The notes: a model not told the origin generated them from the sequence alone. Counted from the stretch's first letter, positions 14,001-26,816 are shown. The stretch: 64,000 nucleotides of DNA from Strigamia acuminata (GCA_949358305.1 OX442314.1:8742001-8806000); one strand, 5' to 3'. A program made the numbers and translations.

Positions 14001-17000
14001 TATTCTACCTATGTTGTTATTCACAGACCTTCTTACGATTGGATGAGGAACATGAGTGTCCGGAACCCAAGCGTCAAACACAATCGCAAAGTGTCCCTTG
14101 TATTCAATCATTTGGAACCTGATGAGTTGGCTGAACACCTTACATTTCTCGAACACAAGGTCATGAGGAGGATTAGTGTAAGGGAATATTGCTTTATCTC
14201 ATGTCAAACCACAACGGATCTCAAACTTTTTATTTGGGGCCCCAGTGACCGACTGCTGTACTTTAGAATTGGGCCCCCTTCAAGTTAGGTTAGGTTAGGT
14301 TAAGGATAGGTTAATTTCCGATACTTTTGGGTGTCTTTACGGAATCAGGTAAAAGTGGGTTGCGATTGAAGTTTTAAGTTATATACTCTGGCTCACTGTA
14401 ACTTGGGCCTATTTTCCATTAGCTGTGCCTTTTTACTTGCGTAGTGATACCAAAGAATAGATCAAAACACTGGCTGACATTTTGAATGCTGGCCAGACAA
14501 AACAAGCAATAAAAAATATAGAAAATTGTTTGCTTTCCGGAAAAAGCAAGAAATAAACTTAATAAACTTGAATGTTGAAATAAACCAGCATTAATCTTTA
14601 TTTTATGACTTGAAGATACATTTTCTTAGAAAATACAAACAATATCACATCATTTCAATGATTAAAATTATCAAACAAATTTAAAACCAAACTGAACTAT
14701 TTTTCCTGGTTGTAGCACACAGACCACAGTTAAGAGTAATGAGGCTCAGCCAATGGAAAATAGGCCCAAGTTACAATGATCCAGAGTATAGTTATAAAAT
14801 TAGAGTAAACCTTTTACATGTCACATGATTACCAAAACTAGTAATGTCTCATTTGCTGTCCAATGCAGTCGATTGTATCATAAACACATGTTGCAAGCAT
14901 TCGCTTTGACATTTCCATATTGTCGTGGTTTTTCATTTTTGAATCCTTCCTGCGGTCGATGGCCAAGGTGTTTGCTTGGCAACTTTTGGCAAACATTGAA
15001 TCCTCAAATGTCAATGTTTCAATAACATCTGGAGAAGAAGCATTAGCATTTCAACAGCAAACGTTTTAAACAATCTACCGCTCAGCATTTGTTATTTGTT
15101 GAGCTCCTAGATACTATACACACATTTGCTGAACTTCTGTGTTCCAATAGGAACAAATATATTATTAAAAATCTATTATAAAAAAAAAAGTTCTAAATAT
15201 TTAGATTATATAAAGATTATATAAAGTCCAAAGCTTGCAGAAGGAAATAGAAATTGTTTCTGTCATGAATATTACACAAATATTGGCAGAATTCCATACA
15301 AGTTGAAGTGATTGAAGTCCTCCCATCCTTGCAACTGCATTTAGCCTCAGCTGCAGAGCCACATGCAGCAAGCATTAAACTAATCACAAACCACAGCAAC
15401 AGACATTGAACCGTAATTTAAGTCTCTAAAACATTTCCATTTTTTAATCAGCTTTATGCCTCAAAGGTATAAAGAAAACAAAATTGTATTTTTTTCTTCT
15501 TTACTTCTGAAAAGAGAAAAAAAACTAATGTCGGTAAGTTAAATCAATAACGAGTATAATGTTTGCTGGGTTGAATGAAGATCAAATCCTTCTGCAACAA
15601 ATATGCAAAAAAATGGCATTTCAGTGAATTTTGGGCACTAGATGCAGGGCCGGATTTACCATATTACCTCACATTAAGCCGCATGCCGGTGTAGTGCAAG
15701 TTTTACCGGCATGCCGATAAAATACCTTGTTCCTACCAGGAAGTTTGGGCTAGTTTAAATTTAGTTCTGGTTCTTGGTGCGAACGCATCTAGCCCAAAAT
15801 TATCTAGTTTAAGATTTTTTAAACTAGATACCGGTAATTCTAATCCAGTTGTGTGAACTAGATAATTGCCAAAGAACTAGATAACTGCCAAAGAACTAGA
15901 TAACTGCCAAGGTCATTTCCCACAATTCTGTGCGTAACATGGTCTGGTGATTGTCTATTGGGTGGGGGTGGGGGTAGAATAAAAAATTTTGTGTTTAAGG
16001 GTCCCACAATACCTAAATCCGGGCTTAGCTAGATGCACTTATTTGAGAGTCAGAAAAGGATAAGTGACTTCTATCACGAATTCCACGAAGCCAAGATGCG
16101 TTTTTCCACTTTTCTATTTCTAAAATTTTAAATTCAATACATTTCTTATAATGTATTAATAATTTAGTTTCAGGACTACAAATCATACGCTGTGTCTGCA
16201 ATGTTGAAAGACAATGCCAAACTTGAAAGGTCAATTGCATTATTCAATGGTCTGTCCCTTTGGATCCAATGCATGGTCCTGAGCAAAACCACTCCTCAAC
16301 AAAGAGCTGATGTGATAGTCAAATTTGTAAATGTTTCTAAGGTAAGTTTAATTTGGAGAAAAAAAAATCTTTTTCTTCCTAAATCGCAACATATAAATTA
16401 CCATTTCAGAAATTGCGTGAAATGCAAAATTTCAATACTTTGATGGCTGTTGTTGGTGGTCTAAGTCACAGTGCATTAGCAAGATTGGGTAAAACTGCAG
16501 CTTGCATTCCAACAGAGACACAAAAGGTATTGGTCTGTCAGTATAAAATCACCCTAGGGCTAAAAATATCTACATTTTTAGACACTCACAGAGATGACTG
16601 AGTTACTTTCATCTGCATCTAATTTTAGTAATTACCGTAGAGCATTACATAGGTGTAAAGGATTCCGAATTCCAATTTTGTAAGTATTAATTATTTCTGA
16701 TTTTAGTTCAATGTGGTTTGTGGTCTGGACACAGCTTTCGAGGGGCGTTGTTAGCGCCACCTGTAAGGTCCGCGCCATAAGTATAGAATAATCAGTTTTT
16801 TTGAAATATTTCTTTTTGCGCTTCATCTGGAATCAAACCAATTTTTTAATAAATGTATTTTGTCATTAGAATTCATTTAAAATTAACAGGTTTATAAGTT
16901 TTGTAGAAAAATAAAATTGGCAGTGATTTTACATAAAAATGGGGTTGACATAAGTATAGAATATTTTAGGTTTGACGCAAAAAAAATGGATAAAATTAAC

Positions 17001-20000
17001 GTCACGTAACATGCCTTTGTATAATTTCCACACCGGTACTGCCTGATAATTCGAATTCTCCGGCACCCTGGTCGAACTCACGATTTTAGGGCATGCCCTC
17101 CAAAGCAGGTTAAATGCTTAGCATGATCAGACCACTGAAGACCCCTCCCTATCATTGATTGCACACATTGTGCATGGTTCAGAAATGCATATTAATTCTT
17201 TATTTATTTTTAGAGGCGTGCATATGAAAGACCTCATTTCTCTACATGTGGCATTGCCAGACACTGTGGATGGTGGTTTACTTAATTTTAGAAAAATGGC
17301 ACAATTATCACTCATATTCCAAGAATTAGCAGAACTGCAGAACTCTAGTCCACCGATTGAAGCAAATATGGATCTTGTTAATACACTGAGGGTAAAACTT
17401 AGTCGGCAAAACGGGATTTTCAATAACAAACCCGGCCAAAAACGCCCCTTTCTATTGATCACATTCATCTTACCTCACATCTTTGATCTAACCTTGGAAT
17501 AAATTTAATAATTGCAATGTCGGATGTTTTCTTACGAACAAAAGATAATATTTCCTTTCCGGTTGTCTGGTGCACAGTCTCAGTTGAGAAATATGAAATG
17601 ATCAACTTTTGTGTACTGTACTTAAACCGACGTTTGTTATTCTAAAACCCCTTTGGTATTTCCATTTCATTTGTTTTATCTAAAAAGTATCATTTTCAAC
17701 AGTTATCTTTAGATTTAGCCTACACAGAAGATGAAATCTATGAACTCTCATTAGCGAGGGAACCTCGCAATATGACATCAGTAAGTTTCCAGAATTCGCG
17801 CATGATTCATGACCGCAGAATACTAATCGATGTTTTCTACTTGCATATACAGCCACAATCATCTCCCATACGTCCACCCGTGTTTGCTGAATGGGCCGCA
17901 GGAGTACTCACCGCTCCGGACCCAGAGACTATAGAGAAACACGTACATGCAATGGTTGATGTACGTCAATATAGCAATCTTAAGCTAGGTTCACACTTGT
18001 GTTCACACTAGACACAACGCAAGAAAACTGACGCAACGCAAGCTGCTTGCGTCCAAAAATTGTTGACGTTGACGCCAATTCCTGCTTCAACTCCAAGTTG
18101 AAGTTAGCAACGCAAGGAAAGGTCTTGCGGTTAACCAATCACGATCGACTCCAACTCTCGTCGATTCACGTCTGGTTGGCGAGACTTTGCCACACGGAAA
18201 CAGGCTGCCAGTTTCGGATTCTGGAACTAGTTCTAGAACTAGATCCAATTCCAGGTTTCATTGAAACCATCTGATTGGCCAGACGCAACATCAATTGTTT
18301 CAGCTCTGTTCACATTCACACGTGCCCTACGGTGTGAACAGACTCTGCATTGCGTTTGACTAAATTTTCCTTGTGTTGCATTGTGTTACGTCTAGTGTGA
18401 ACATAAGTGTAAACCTAGCTTAAGAGGTTGAAATTGTTGCAGTAATATCTGTCTTACTCTTAAAACATAGGCCGTTTTCAAAAACTACGACAACGATCGT
18501 GACGGTTACATATCTCAAGCAGAATTTGAAGCCATTTCTGGCAACTTTCCGTTCATTGATTCGTTTTGTGTTTTGGATGCTGACCAGTAAGTAAACCAGT
18601 GTACAATTGAGGACATAAAAATTGTTGCTTGCATTGTGCTGCTTACTCAACCAAAGATGGCTTTGGTTTTTGTGACACTTTCCATAAGATGTTTTTGGAA
18701 TCGCTATTCAAATAATAAGAAATCCTTTATAATCTTTTTCAGTGATGGAATGATCAGCAAAATAGAGATGAGAGATTACTTTATCCGAGCCAATTGCCAT
18801 GCCTTCAAGAATGGGTTTAAACACGAATTTCATGAAACGACGTACTTCAAACCAACATATTGTGCACATTGTACAGGATTAGTAAGTAGTTAATTAATAA
18901 TTCCTATTAGTTATTATGCAGGAATCCCTTGCTTGTTTCAATCAGGTTTTATAGAGCGTTATCTTTTCCTTTCAGTTATGGGGTTTAATAAAACAAGGAT
19001 ACAAATGCAAAGGTAAACTTCTTAAACAAAGACTATCCAGTACTCAGTTTGAAATGCTAATTTTTAACAATCATAGATTGCAGTATCAACGCACATAAAC
19101 ACTGTAAAGACTTAGTTGTTATGGAATGCCGGCGAACAATACCAACCGGCCGGTCCATGTCTGTTTCAGGAACCTCAGGTACATTTTATCAAAGTAATTA
19201 GAAAGAATAAATTACCGTGTTCCTTAGATTCTAAGATGCAATTTTTTACCCGTATATGCATCTCTACGAACGGAGTGCGTCTTTCAATCGATGGCGTCAT
19301 AGTATCAAAGAAATACAGTAATAAACACAGTAGTGCCGGGAATTTAAATAGTTCTGGCCAGAGGAACAAATTTAGTTGTGGGAAATCTGGATAGATCGGG
19401 CCATGGGAACAAATTTAGTTGTGGGAAATCTGGATAGATCAAGCTATGGGAACAAATTTGGTTCTGGGAAATCTGGATAGATCGAGCTACGGGAACAAAT
19501 TTGGTTCTGGGAAATCTGGATAGATCAGGCTACGGAAACAAATTTAGTACAAGGAAATCTGAATAGTTCTGGCCAGGGAAACAAACTTCGTTGTGGAAAA
19601 TCTGGATAGATCGGGCGACGGGAACAAATTTGGTTCTGGGAAATCTGGATAGATCGAGCTACGGGAACAAATTTGGTACAAAGAAATCTGAATAGTTCTG
19701 GCCAGGGAAACAAATTTCGTTGTGGAAAATCTGGATAGATCGGGCCAGGGGAACAAATTTGGTTCTGGGAAATCTGGATAGATCGAGCTACGGAAACAAA
19801 TTTGGTTCTGGGAAATCTGGATAGATCGGGCTACGGAAACAAATTTAGTACAAGGAAATCTGAATAGTTCTGGCCAGGGAAACAAACTTCGTTGTGGAAA
19901 ATCTGGATAGATCGGGCGACGGGAACAAATTTGGTTCTGGGAAATCTGGATAGATCGAGCTACGGGAACAAATTTGGTACAAAGAAATCTGAATAGTTCT

Positions 20001-22990
20001 GGCCAGGGAAACAAATTTCGTTGTGGAAAATCTGGATAGATCGGGCCAGGGGAACAAATTTGGTTCTGGGAAATCTGGATAGATCGAGCTACGGAAACAA
20101 ATTTGGTTCTGGGAAATCTGGATAGATCGGGCTACGGAAACAAATTTAGTACAAAGAAATCTGAATAGTTCTGGCCAGGGAAACAAATTTCGTTGTGGAA
20201 AATCTGGATAGATCGGGCCAGGGGAACAAATTTGGTTCTGGGAAATCTGGATAGATCGGGCTACGGGAACAAATTTAGTACGAGGAAATCTGAATAGTTC
20301 TGGCCACGGGAACAAATTTAGTTGTGGGAAATCTGGATAGATCGAGCTATGGGAACAAATTTGGTTCTGGGAAATCTGGATAGATCGGGCTACGGGAAAA
20401 AATTTAGTACAAGGAAATTTGAATAGTTCTGGCCAGGGAAACAAATTTAGTACCAGAAAATCTGGCTACATCGGGCCACGGGAACAAATTTAGTACCAGA
20501 AATCTAAATAGTTCCGGCCACGGGAACAAATTTAGTTGTGGGAAATCTGGATAGGTTGGGCCACGGGGACAAATCTAGTACCAGAAATCTGAATAGGTTA
20601 GGCCACGAGGACAAATTTAATACCAGAAATCTGAATAGTTCTGGCGACGGGAACAAATTTAGTACCGGGAAATCTGGATAGGTCGGGCCAAAGGAATGGG
20701 CTACATTAGTGAAATAAAAAAAAACTTCACAACATCACAGGCCACCAGGAAATTCCCGGTAATCCCCCGGCTAAACCAGCCCTGAACAAATTACATGGTT
20801 GTAGGTTGTCCTGATGTACAGTCCTTTCATCTTATGTTCCATAGATTGTGACTAGAATGACATCAAAAATAGTTGTCAATACGATGAAGAAAGTTCTCTT
20901 TTCTTTGGGACAAGTTCTTATTGGATTTCTTATATCAATTTCAGATGCAGCCGCAAGTAGGGCCAAGTTTCGTAACCGGCGTCGACAACAAAAGTCTCTA
21001 CCGGTGGATGGTGAACTGCCACCAAGCTTATCCTTGCAAAACAGCCAAGAACACTGTAGAAGAGAATCTGTTATTGCACACTGCCAGGTGGAAAATCTTC
21101 ATGATAGGTTGGCCCAAGCTGAGGAGGTACACGAAATCGGTGATGGTAAATATTCTTTTTGAATTCAAAAGGATTATGCTTGTGACCTAGCATGCATCAA
21201 TCAAATGTAGAAGTACTTATTTAGTGTAAGTGTTGTATCGAAAGTTTCCGTTTGCATGAAGAGAAAATGTGCTTTTATTTTGCTTGTTAACAACCGATGC
21301 ATCCGTCAAGCCTTTTTTAGTTCAAAAAGAAATGTTTTTGCTTGTGCTAATAACTAACATGTAGTTTTCCTGCTATTAGTAGCTGATTGTTTGTAAAATT
21401 CCCTTGGGTGACGATGATTCCTTGCCTGTGGTGTGTTGGGAGTCCATAGTTACTGTATCTACTACAGAGTATACTCTAAACCGATACAACGTTGACCTAA
21501 CTCCAGCCTTATCACTGGTGTAGTGGGACAAAAAAGCAGCTCTTAACACCAGAATTGTAATAGAACTCCAGACATTGTGATCGATTACCAACACTTGTTT
21601 CATTGTCAAAAGTCATGCTTTGACACAGAACTACTTTTCCGCCTAGTAGAGCACAGTCCACAGTTAGGCGTAATCCGGCTCAACCAATTGGAAATAGGTA
21701 AACGTTGTATCGGTTTATAGTATCACCTATCTCTCAGATATTGGTGGTGAGCAAACCCATTCTGTAAATGAGAATGTTCCCTACCGGAGACGTAAGAATT
21801 AAGAGTGCAGTGCGTGCAATTGACAAGGTAGAAGGCACTAGCCTATGACACCCATGGGGGATGAAAATTCTAGCTATGGCTTTGCTGAAAGGCCTGTCAA
21901 CCCAACTGGCCCATTAGAGAGGTTCTGCCAGGCGTAGGACCGGAACGGCAACTCAATCCAAATGTGGTTCATGACTGTACATTCAATTCTGTTTACACGG
22001 TAGATACGTTCCAGTAAAAGTCGTAAAAAAAATGTAAAAATTTTTGGAAGGGAGTGGCTCCTTCACAACCTGGGCCCCTACTCCTGGGAGTATTGCAACC
22101 AACCTCAACTCTGCAGCAAACCGACAAAACTAAATGCTGCTTAACTTCTGTGTTCTAATGGCAATATATGGGGGTTTTACCATCTAATCGCCAGAACAGC
22201 TCCAAGTCTATCAGCACCCTGTGCGATTTATTTTGTTTGCCCTATCATTCATTGTTTTCAATTCTATACTCAAAACCACCGCAACGTTGTCCTAACTCCT
22301 ATTGGTTCAGCCGTCTCACTGGTGCAGTGGCACAAAAAGTATCCCATCACACCAGAATTGTAAATAAAATCCATCATTCTAATCACTTTTTACACAGAAA
22401 TTTATTGAAAATAAACAGAACTACTTTTCCGCGTAGTAGAGCACAGTCCCCAGTTACGCGTAAACCGGCTTAGCCAATAGGAGTTAGGACAACGTTGTGG
22501 TGGTTTTGAGTATAGTCAGTGAATCTTGGGAGCATTAGTAGAGAGGTTCTGCCAGGCGTAGGACCGGAACGGCAACTTATAGAGTAAGCTCCGCCCGCCC
22601 TTTGCCGTTGTTTTCACGACGTCTGGACCCGCCATTACAAGTTGTAATCGCGCGCGCAATGAAAAGCTTAGCTACGCCCCATGACGTCAGCACAAAAAGT
22701 TATGCTGTTTCGGCTTACCGTTCCCGTCTGACTTGTCCTATTTGGCATGTCGTGCGGTTGCACACTTCGATCTTGCCGTGGTACAACTAAACAAGCTATT
22801 TCTTGTGTTTTCTATCCAGATCCAAGATCAACTTCACTTCGAAAACTCGCTTTTGCGAGCGCAGCTCGCCACAGCTCTCGACGACCTGCAAGTCTTGAGG
22901 GAAGATATGGGCAGAGTGCGCCAACAGACAGTTTCCTTCATTCTCAGTCAGATGGAGACACTGAACATCCAGAAAGATACCGTAGTATGA
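2093..22990 (+). CDS. RASGRP: Ras guanyl-releasing protein (REM + CDC25 RasGEF + EF-hands + C1 + coiled-coil tail)
   Basis: GT-AG exons join in frame: 2093-2246, 11925-12153, 13823-13954, 14027-14177, 16168-16341, 16410-16526, 16582-16679, 17214-17391, 17703-17780, 17853-17960, 18471-18586, 18743-18881, 18976-19012, 19077-19178, 20945-21126, 22820-22990. Motifs: [45 protein letters not shown]-hand [18 protein letters not shown]1 [42 protein letters not shown]. Confidence 0.95.
2284..2702. mobile_element. MITE, TATACTC...GAGTATA family (copy A)
   Basis: ~45-bp inverted arms (TTGAACTCAAAAAGGCCCCCAAAT.CATTGGTCGAGCC and its reverse complement); internal core shared with the copies at 14382 and 48912. 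Confidence 0.8.
3108..3293 (+). pseudogene. Mutator-like transposase C-terminal remnant (SWIM zinc finger)
   Basis: Frame absent from the ORF track: [25 protein letters not shown]...[17 protein letters not shown] (CxC-x8-CKH SWIM pattern plus basic tail), preceded by short AAATTCCCAC repeats at 2900-3070. Confidence 0.7.
4849..9634 (-). mobile_element. Full-length Ty3/Gypsy LTR retrotransposon
   Basis: Two identical 154-bp TG...CA LTRs (4849-5002, 9481-9634); 5-bp TSD GTCGC (4844-4848, 9635-9639); PBS TGGTGGCAGCGG (tRNA-Leu-like 3' end) at 9469-9480; PPT GGGAGGGGGA at 5003-5012. Confidence 0.97.
5056..9075 (-). CDS. Gag-Pol polyprotein (Gag, CCHC knuckles, aspartic protease, RT, RNase H, integrase)
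   Basis: 1339-aa ORF with [26 protein letters not shown]...[21 protein letters not shown] integrase zinc finger and DLF/SDNG/E triad, in Gypsy domain order. Confidence 0.96.
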   Translation of the reverse strand: MAKVEHSICKPPDEFDFKNAADWPRWIARFELFRSMVDLDTQPGKKQVASLLYHMGDTANDIYTSFKLADPDKHDYAKVKAAFEAKFVTTTNVIYERAMFYNRQQKDGEAMDEYITALHTAAKHCKFDALYDEFIRDKIVNGIRDKAMAKKLQLQSNLTLAKAIEMTKQSEQVNSQSKTLLEASSTNKSVDRVDSKKVQRSNFWKRKTERPDDSGKSSKPDGGPKTQPKNASKNSSNCGRCGGGFHPMKDCPATRLTCHKCNRKGHYARVCRSAAVQGVDEATDAYIESVNGVASRQGRWHVSVEIRNARITFKADSGAETTCIPEEVYMDYFSDRKLRKPELNLHNATKGKMETLGMLWEKIEYRGRSKLTAIYVVRGLMQPLLDGDTCEELDIIRRCGVDAVKTEKTPKMSFDPKTAYPKLFSGLGRVEIPYKIRLKPDASPYALMTPRRVPIPLLNEIKANLDKMVLLGVIERVEEPTDWCSGLVLAPKPDGSIRMCVDYVRLNRYVMRETHPMPVTENVLGRLGKAKYFSKLNANHGFWQCQLDAESRLLTTFITPFGRYMFKRLPFGINAAPEFFQKRMSEILEGLEGKQVNVDDILVYGDTIEEHDRRLRAVLQRLLEAGITLNVAKCEFGKTKIKFLGHIIDQAGVHVDDDRIVAIRKMGKPENVSELRSLLGSVNYLGRFIPNLATKAHPLNELLGGKNEFRWGTQQEAAFDAIKEELSKAPTLAWFDPTRETVITADASSYGVGAVLKQKQKDGKFRPIAYASKTLTKCQKNWAQIEKEGYALVWACERFKNFIIGIPVCLETDHKPLVPILMTKELDEITPKLQRMRLRLQRYCYTVKHIPGKELGAADVLSRRPLPDTEEDGDIEQRLEGCVTAYVQLITKHLQATDQRLGEIIEVQNRDPICIKLRQFSQHGWPVKDQLPQGLGDFWQYRDEIAIEEDLLMKGSRIVIPAELREFILDKIHTGHLGITKCRARARSAVWWPGISRDVEKRISTCTECIKESTNPHEPLMPAEFPKRPWQKVGMDLFYLDRQWYLLVEDYYSRYPEVKTLTSLKESEVILFLKSIFSRHGTPQEVVSDNGTQFGTLLKSEFSIFATDWKFIHTTSSPKYPQSNGFAEAGVKVIKRILKKSSDGFKALQSYRATPLANGFSPAELLMGRKIRTEVPIAATQLMPKTPDAKLLRGKEEKRIADQKRNFDKRHRARDLPDLQPGERVWIIDLRRSGVIEKKAGRPRSYIVNTDKRTVQRNRFHLIPLKDDSDKPDDIDPGDSQADESSEVEEPPMDQQAPATAEIPVPVRQSPETMRTSPRPMVTRSGRAVNKPSRLIEEC
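14382..14790. mobile_element. MITE, TATACTC...GAGTATA family (copy B)
   Basis: TATACTCTGG.TCA.TGTAACTTGGGCCTATTTTCCATT inverted at both ends; core is the reverse complement of the copy A core. Confidence 0.8.
15645..16027. mobile_element. hAT-like MITE
   Basis: CAGGGCCGGATTTA...TAAATCCGGGCTTA ends; near-perfect 8-bp flanks ACTAGATG/GCTAGATG. Confidence 0.55.
17984..18419. mobile_element. MITE with GCTAGGTTCACACTT termini
   Basis: TIR GCTAGGTTCACACTTGTGTTCACACTAGAC / GTCTAGTGTGAACATAAGTGTAAACCTAGC flanked by TTAA on both sides; related degraded sequence at ~11400-11620. Confidence 0.75.
19335..20690. repeat. Intronic minisatellite, ~40-bp unit
   Basis: GGGAACAAATTTGGTTCTGGGAAATCTGGATAGATCGAGCTAC-type units in alternating variants; accounts for the repetitive ORFs at 19525-20444. 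Confidence 0.95.
21470..21723. mobile_element. MITE, TATACTC family (copy C)
   Basis: TATACTCTAAACCGATACAACGTT / AACGTTGTATCGGTTTATAGTAT. Confidence 0.75.
22265..22514. mobile_element. MITE, TATACTC family (copy D)
   Basis: TATACTCAAAACCACC.CAACGTTGTCCTAACTCCTATTGG inverted at both ends; core shared with copy C. Confidence 0.8.
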
Positions 22991-23546
22991 GCTCTTGAGC
23001 ACAATCACTTAATTCAAAACATACAATACATTGATATTTTCATACCAGTCTTAAGAATCACTAACTGCATCATTCGTCCAACATTTACATAATTTTCTAA
23101 GGGGAAATCTTTCAGAGAAAACAAAAAGAGAGAAAAAAGATATGATATTTTAATATATTTGTAAGATAAATGTGTCAGTGAAATCATTTTTCTACCATGT
23201 GTTGATTAAATTTGGCCTATTACGACATTTCATATAATACATTTCTACGTTGAAAATGTCTTCCGGTGCCAGTGCAAGGCAATACATCCAAACACTGGAC
23301 TGTATTCAAATGGAAGAAAAATTCAAACTTGTGCATAACTCTATAGTACTTAACTATTTATTTCACCAATTTTCCACCTTAACTTCGGCCCGAGCTATTG
23401 TATTCAATTGTATTATTTGTAATGAAAAATATTATTTAAAACACGAGAGTTTATACATGTTAATTTTGTATAGTAATTTATTTTGAATGACTTCTTCAGC
23501 CAGTTTTCGAAAGGTCAAGTACAGTTTACTGTGTAACCCGGACATA

Positions 23547-23899
23547 CCGTATTACCCGGCTTATTGCCGCATGCCGATAAACCCAGTTTTCAAAGACATG
23601 CCGATGTAAGTGAGTACAAATTCTTTTTAATTTTGAGGAAATTGGCCAAAATTTCTATAAATTTTCCCAAAAATTTAGTAGTAATCTGCAGAATATCAAG
23701 AAAACTTTAATTTCAGGCCCAAATTTTAACATAATTATTCAACTGGGCTATTTTAAACAAAAAACAAAAAACCAGTTTTTCACTTATAGGAGCATGTTTC
23801 GCTCCATACCCACATGCCGGTATGGACTTTTTACGCGCAATTTGAAAACCGTCATAAACCCATGCCCAACGGCATGCGGCAATAAGTGGGGTAATACGG
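23547..23899. mobile_element. Tc1/mariner(pogo)-like MITE
   Basis: TA|CCGTATTACCC..CTTATTGCCGCATGCCG ... CGGCATGCGGCAATAAG..GGGTAATACGG|TA. Confidence 0.7.
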
Positions 23900-26754
23900 T
23901 AGGTCCCAGAAAGATGTCCGGAATTTAACATTGCTGGGTATAGGTTGGGTCCCGTCCGTACGGAGTACACTGTGGCCACAGACCCAATAAAGAGGGACAT
24001 GGCGGTAGGGCTGGGGATTGAAGCCTCCATTAGATGGCGCTGACAGTTGTTTTCGAAATGCATGATTTACTTTCCCCACAATCCTATACAAGGCTTGTTT
24101 TGATCACGTGATAAGCGAATGCCAATCGCAGTGTAGGGAAGTGCCATGTCTCTCTTTATTGGGTCCGTGCTGTATCAGTAGGCAGAAGCCTAGCCATCGG
24201 GTGTTTAGGGCGTGCAAGAAACATGGGTGCTTCAACTTTGGGGGCATTAACTCTTCGATAATGGTTTATTTTGGCTTGAAAATATTGGTTTTCAATATTG
24301 CAGGTGTTAACCGAAACTTGCCGGAGTTGCCTAGAATTACTTTAAATGTTTCAATAAGTCGGTTTTGTTTACAATTAACCACATTTGATTTAAATTTGTA
24401 TTTCGCTAGTATTATTTGTGTTACTACTATTACTCAATAACTATGTTAAATCGATCATCCGTGCTACTGCGGTTGTTTTGTCCCTGAGAAATCATGACTT
24501 GTGCCTATTTCCATTGTGTAAGAAAGATTATCCTTGTGAATGACTGCGAATAACAAACTACTTGATAAATTCTAACAACATCTCAGAATTTTTTTATAAA
24601 TTCCAAAAAAAAGTCTGAGAATTTTTTTTTATAAATTCGAATAATTTCTGACATTTTTTTTTTAATAATTTTAACAAATTCTGAATTACTTTTTATAAAT
24701 CCCAGCAAAATCTGTAGGGTTTCGGTACCCGGTTTCCCGAAAAACTGGTTGAAAAATCACAGAACCGGGAACCAGGAAGTTTGAAAAAAATAACCGGTTC
24801 CGTCCAAAATTGTCAAAACGTTGCTGAAACGTCATTTCCGTCATTAAAACGTTACGTTTTGTAACGTTTCAATGATGAAAACGGCCATTTTTGACGAAAA
24901 ACGACCATTTTCAGCCATTTTTCGTTGCCTGAGGCCTGACCTTTTTTAGTCCCAGGAGTACCGATTTCCCGGGAGGACCGGCCATTTTGGTACCGAGAAC
25001 CAGAAATTAAAAAAAGGCGGGAAAACAGAAACCCTAAAAATGTGAAATTATTTGATAAATAAGAACAAATTTCAATACATTTCAAAATAATTGAAGAAAA
25101 AACCTTTTCCAAACCATTGTTATACATGAACAAACTGTCACAACTCCCTTAAAAGATATCAAACTTAAAAAATTTCAATATAAATGGAATGCCACCAAAC
25201 CAAATCTCCTTACCTTAAGCTTCTTATCTACTTAAAAACTCTCGATCCTCAATGTTCCTGATTAATTGCAATTCACTGATCCTGCCACCTGATGCATCCA
25301 TCTGTAAAAATAAAAACAAAAACAATCCATCACCAATGGAAATAGGCCCAAATCAATTCAACTTATACAAATTCTTGATTTCAACATTCCACAACCATTG
25401 ACTGACAGAAACATCATCATCACTATCTACCAAGCACAATTGCAATATCTGACTCTCTTGGCCATGTCCAGAATAAAAGAAACCACAGATCTACACCAAT
25501 CATCAAAACAAAACAAAATGTGTACAAAAGTTTATATTTTTCCTACAAAACAAGACAAATATTCTACAACAACTTGTGAAACCTTCAAATTGTTGCCACA
25601 TGTGCAACAGGAAGTGGTCATTTTGGTTTAACTTTGAATTACTTGGCAATTTCATGGTCTTCGAACAAATCGTTAACGGACGTTTCGCCGACAATACATT
25701 TTCACAAGTTTTTGCAAAAATTAGCAGCATATCTTGGATGGGGTGAGGGGGCACTTGCCCCTTCCCAGTGACCAGACACCCTGGTGACCATACTCCTTGA
25801 GCAGCAGAACCAGTTCACCACCAACTGGATAGTGGGAACGGAGTCAACGAAAAGTCCGTTGACGAAATGGATCGAATTCCAATATCATGTGTTGACTATA
25901 CACAAAAAGTGATAATTTGTGGATTTGAGTGTTTTAATTTCTTTTAAATTATTTTATATGCTGTTTGAGGTACAGACTGTTTGGAGGTCTTGTATTTCTT
26001 TCTATTTATTCCCTGGAAAAACACAGGGTGACAGTAATGGAATGTTTCCAGCATCTTTAAACGGTTTTCTAATCTAATTAATCCAACAAAATGAGTATTA
26101 CTTGCGTATTGTTTAGTTAGAGACGATGTAAAAGTGTTAGTTGATCATTTCAAGTTCTAGTACCACTTGTTGTCACTTGTGTCACTGGACAGCATTTTTC
26201 AATTTTCATAGACTTATATAATATTTGTGGTTGTTCTAGTCATTCCTGTTAGAAAATATTTTAAATCAGTGTTTATTACTTAGATTTTGTTAAAGATTTG
26301 CAAATGTTTCTATAAATTATTAAAAATCGAATTCAAAAAGAAATTTCGTGTCCAAATTTGAAACTTTTGTGCCTATTTTTACTTTTTCTGTTGCTTGTTG
26401 CTGAATCTCTCATCACATAAACAATAAACCAAATTTCATAATATTAATACAATGGTTTTACCTTCATCGAACAACATCACTATCAAATTTCGATTTTCCT
26501 TCGACGTTTTTAAACTTAACGACGTTTCAACATGAGCCGCCATTGTCCAGACGTTGATGTAGCGTCATTTCAATTTCGAAAATTCTGAAAACAATAATAA
26601 AAAAATTATTTATTTCGTATACAACTAAATAATATTAATTTATCTCATTTGTAGTAAGTATTCAATGTTTTTATCGCAATATATCAAGTCCATAATCTCA
26701 AAAGCGCACCGTACCGCCATCTATTACGAAAAAGAAACCCTATCAAACCAAAAT

Positions 26755-26816
26755 AACGTCAGATATTCTCAACTTCTATACGCAAAAACGATCAATTAAG
26801 CGTCATCACAGACATT
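26755..26816 (-). ncRNA. Box C/D snoRNA candidate
   Basis: Minus strand reads AATGTCT-GTGATGA(C box)...TTGA(D')...GTTGAGAATAT-CTGA(D box)-CGTT; AATG/CGTT ends can pair; intronic. Confidence 0.7.

Noticed and set aside
14285..14312. (TTAGG)n telomere-like tract, also CCTAA-like at 47765
   Set aside because: Only 3-4 units, interstitial and next to or within MITEs.
19335..20690. CRISPR-like appearance of the regular repeats
   Set aside because: No unique spacers, no cas genes, and it lies in a eukaryotic intron.
25700..25880. Minus-strand Sm-site-like AATTTTTG after GC-rich hairpins
   Set aside because: No resemblance to any spliceosomal snRNA I can recognise; GGGGCACTTGCCCC looks like a repeat remnant.
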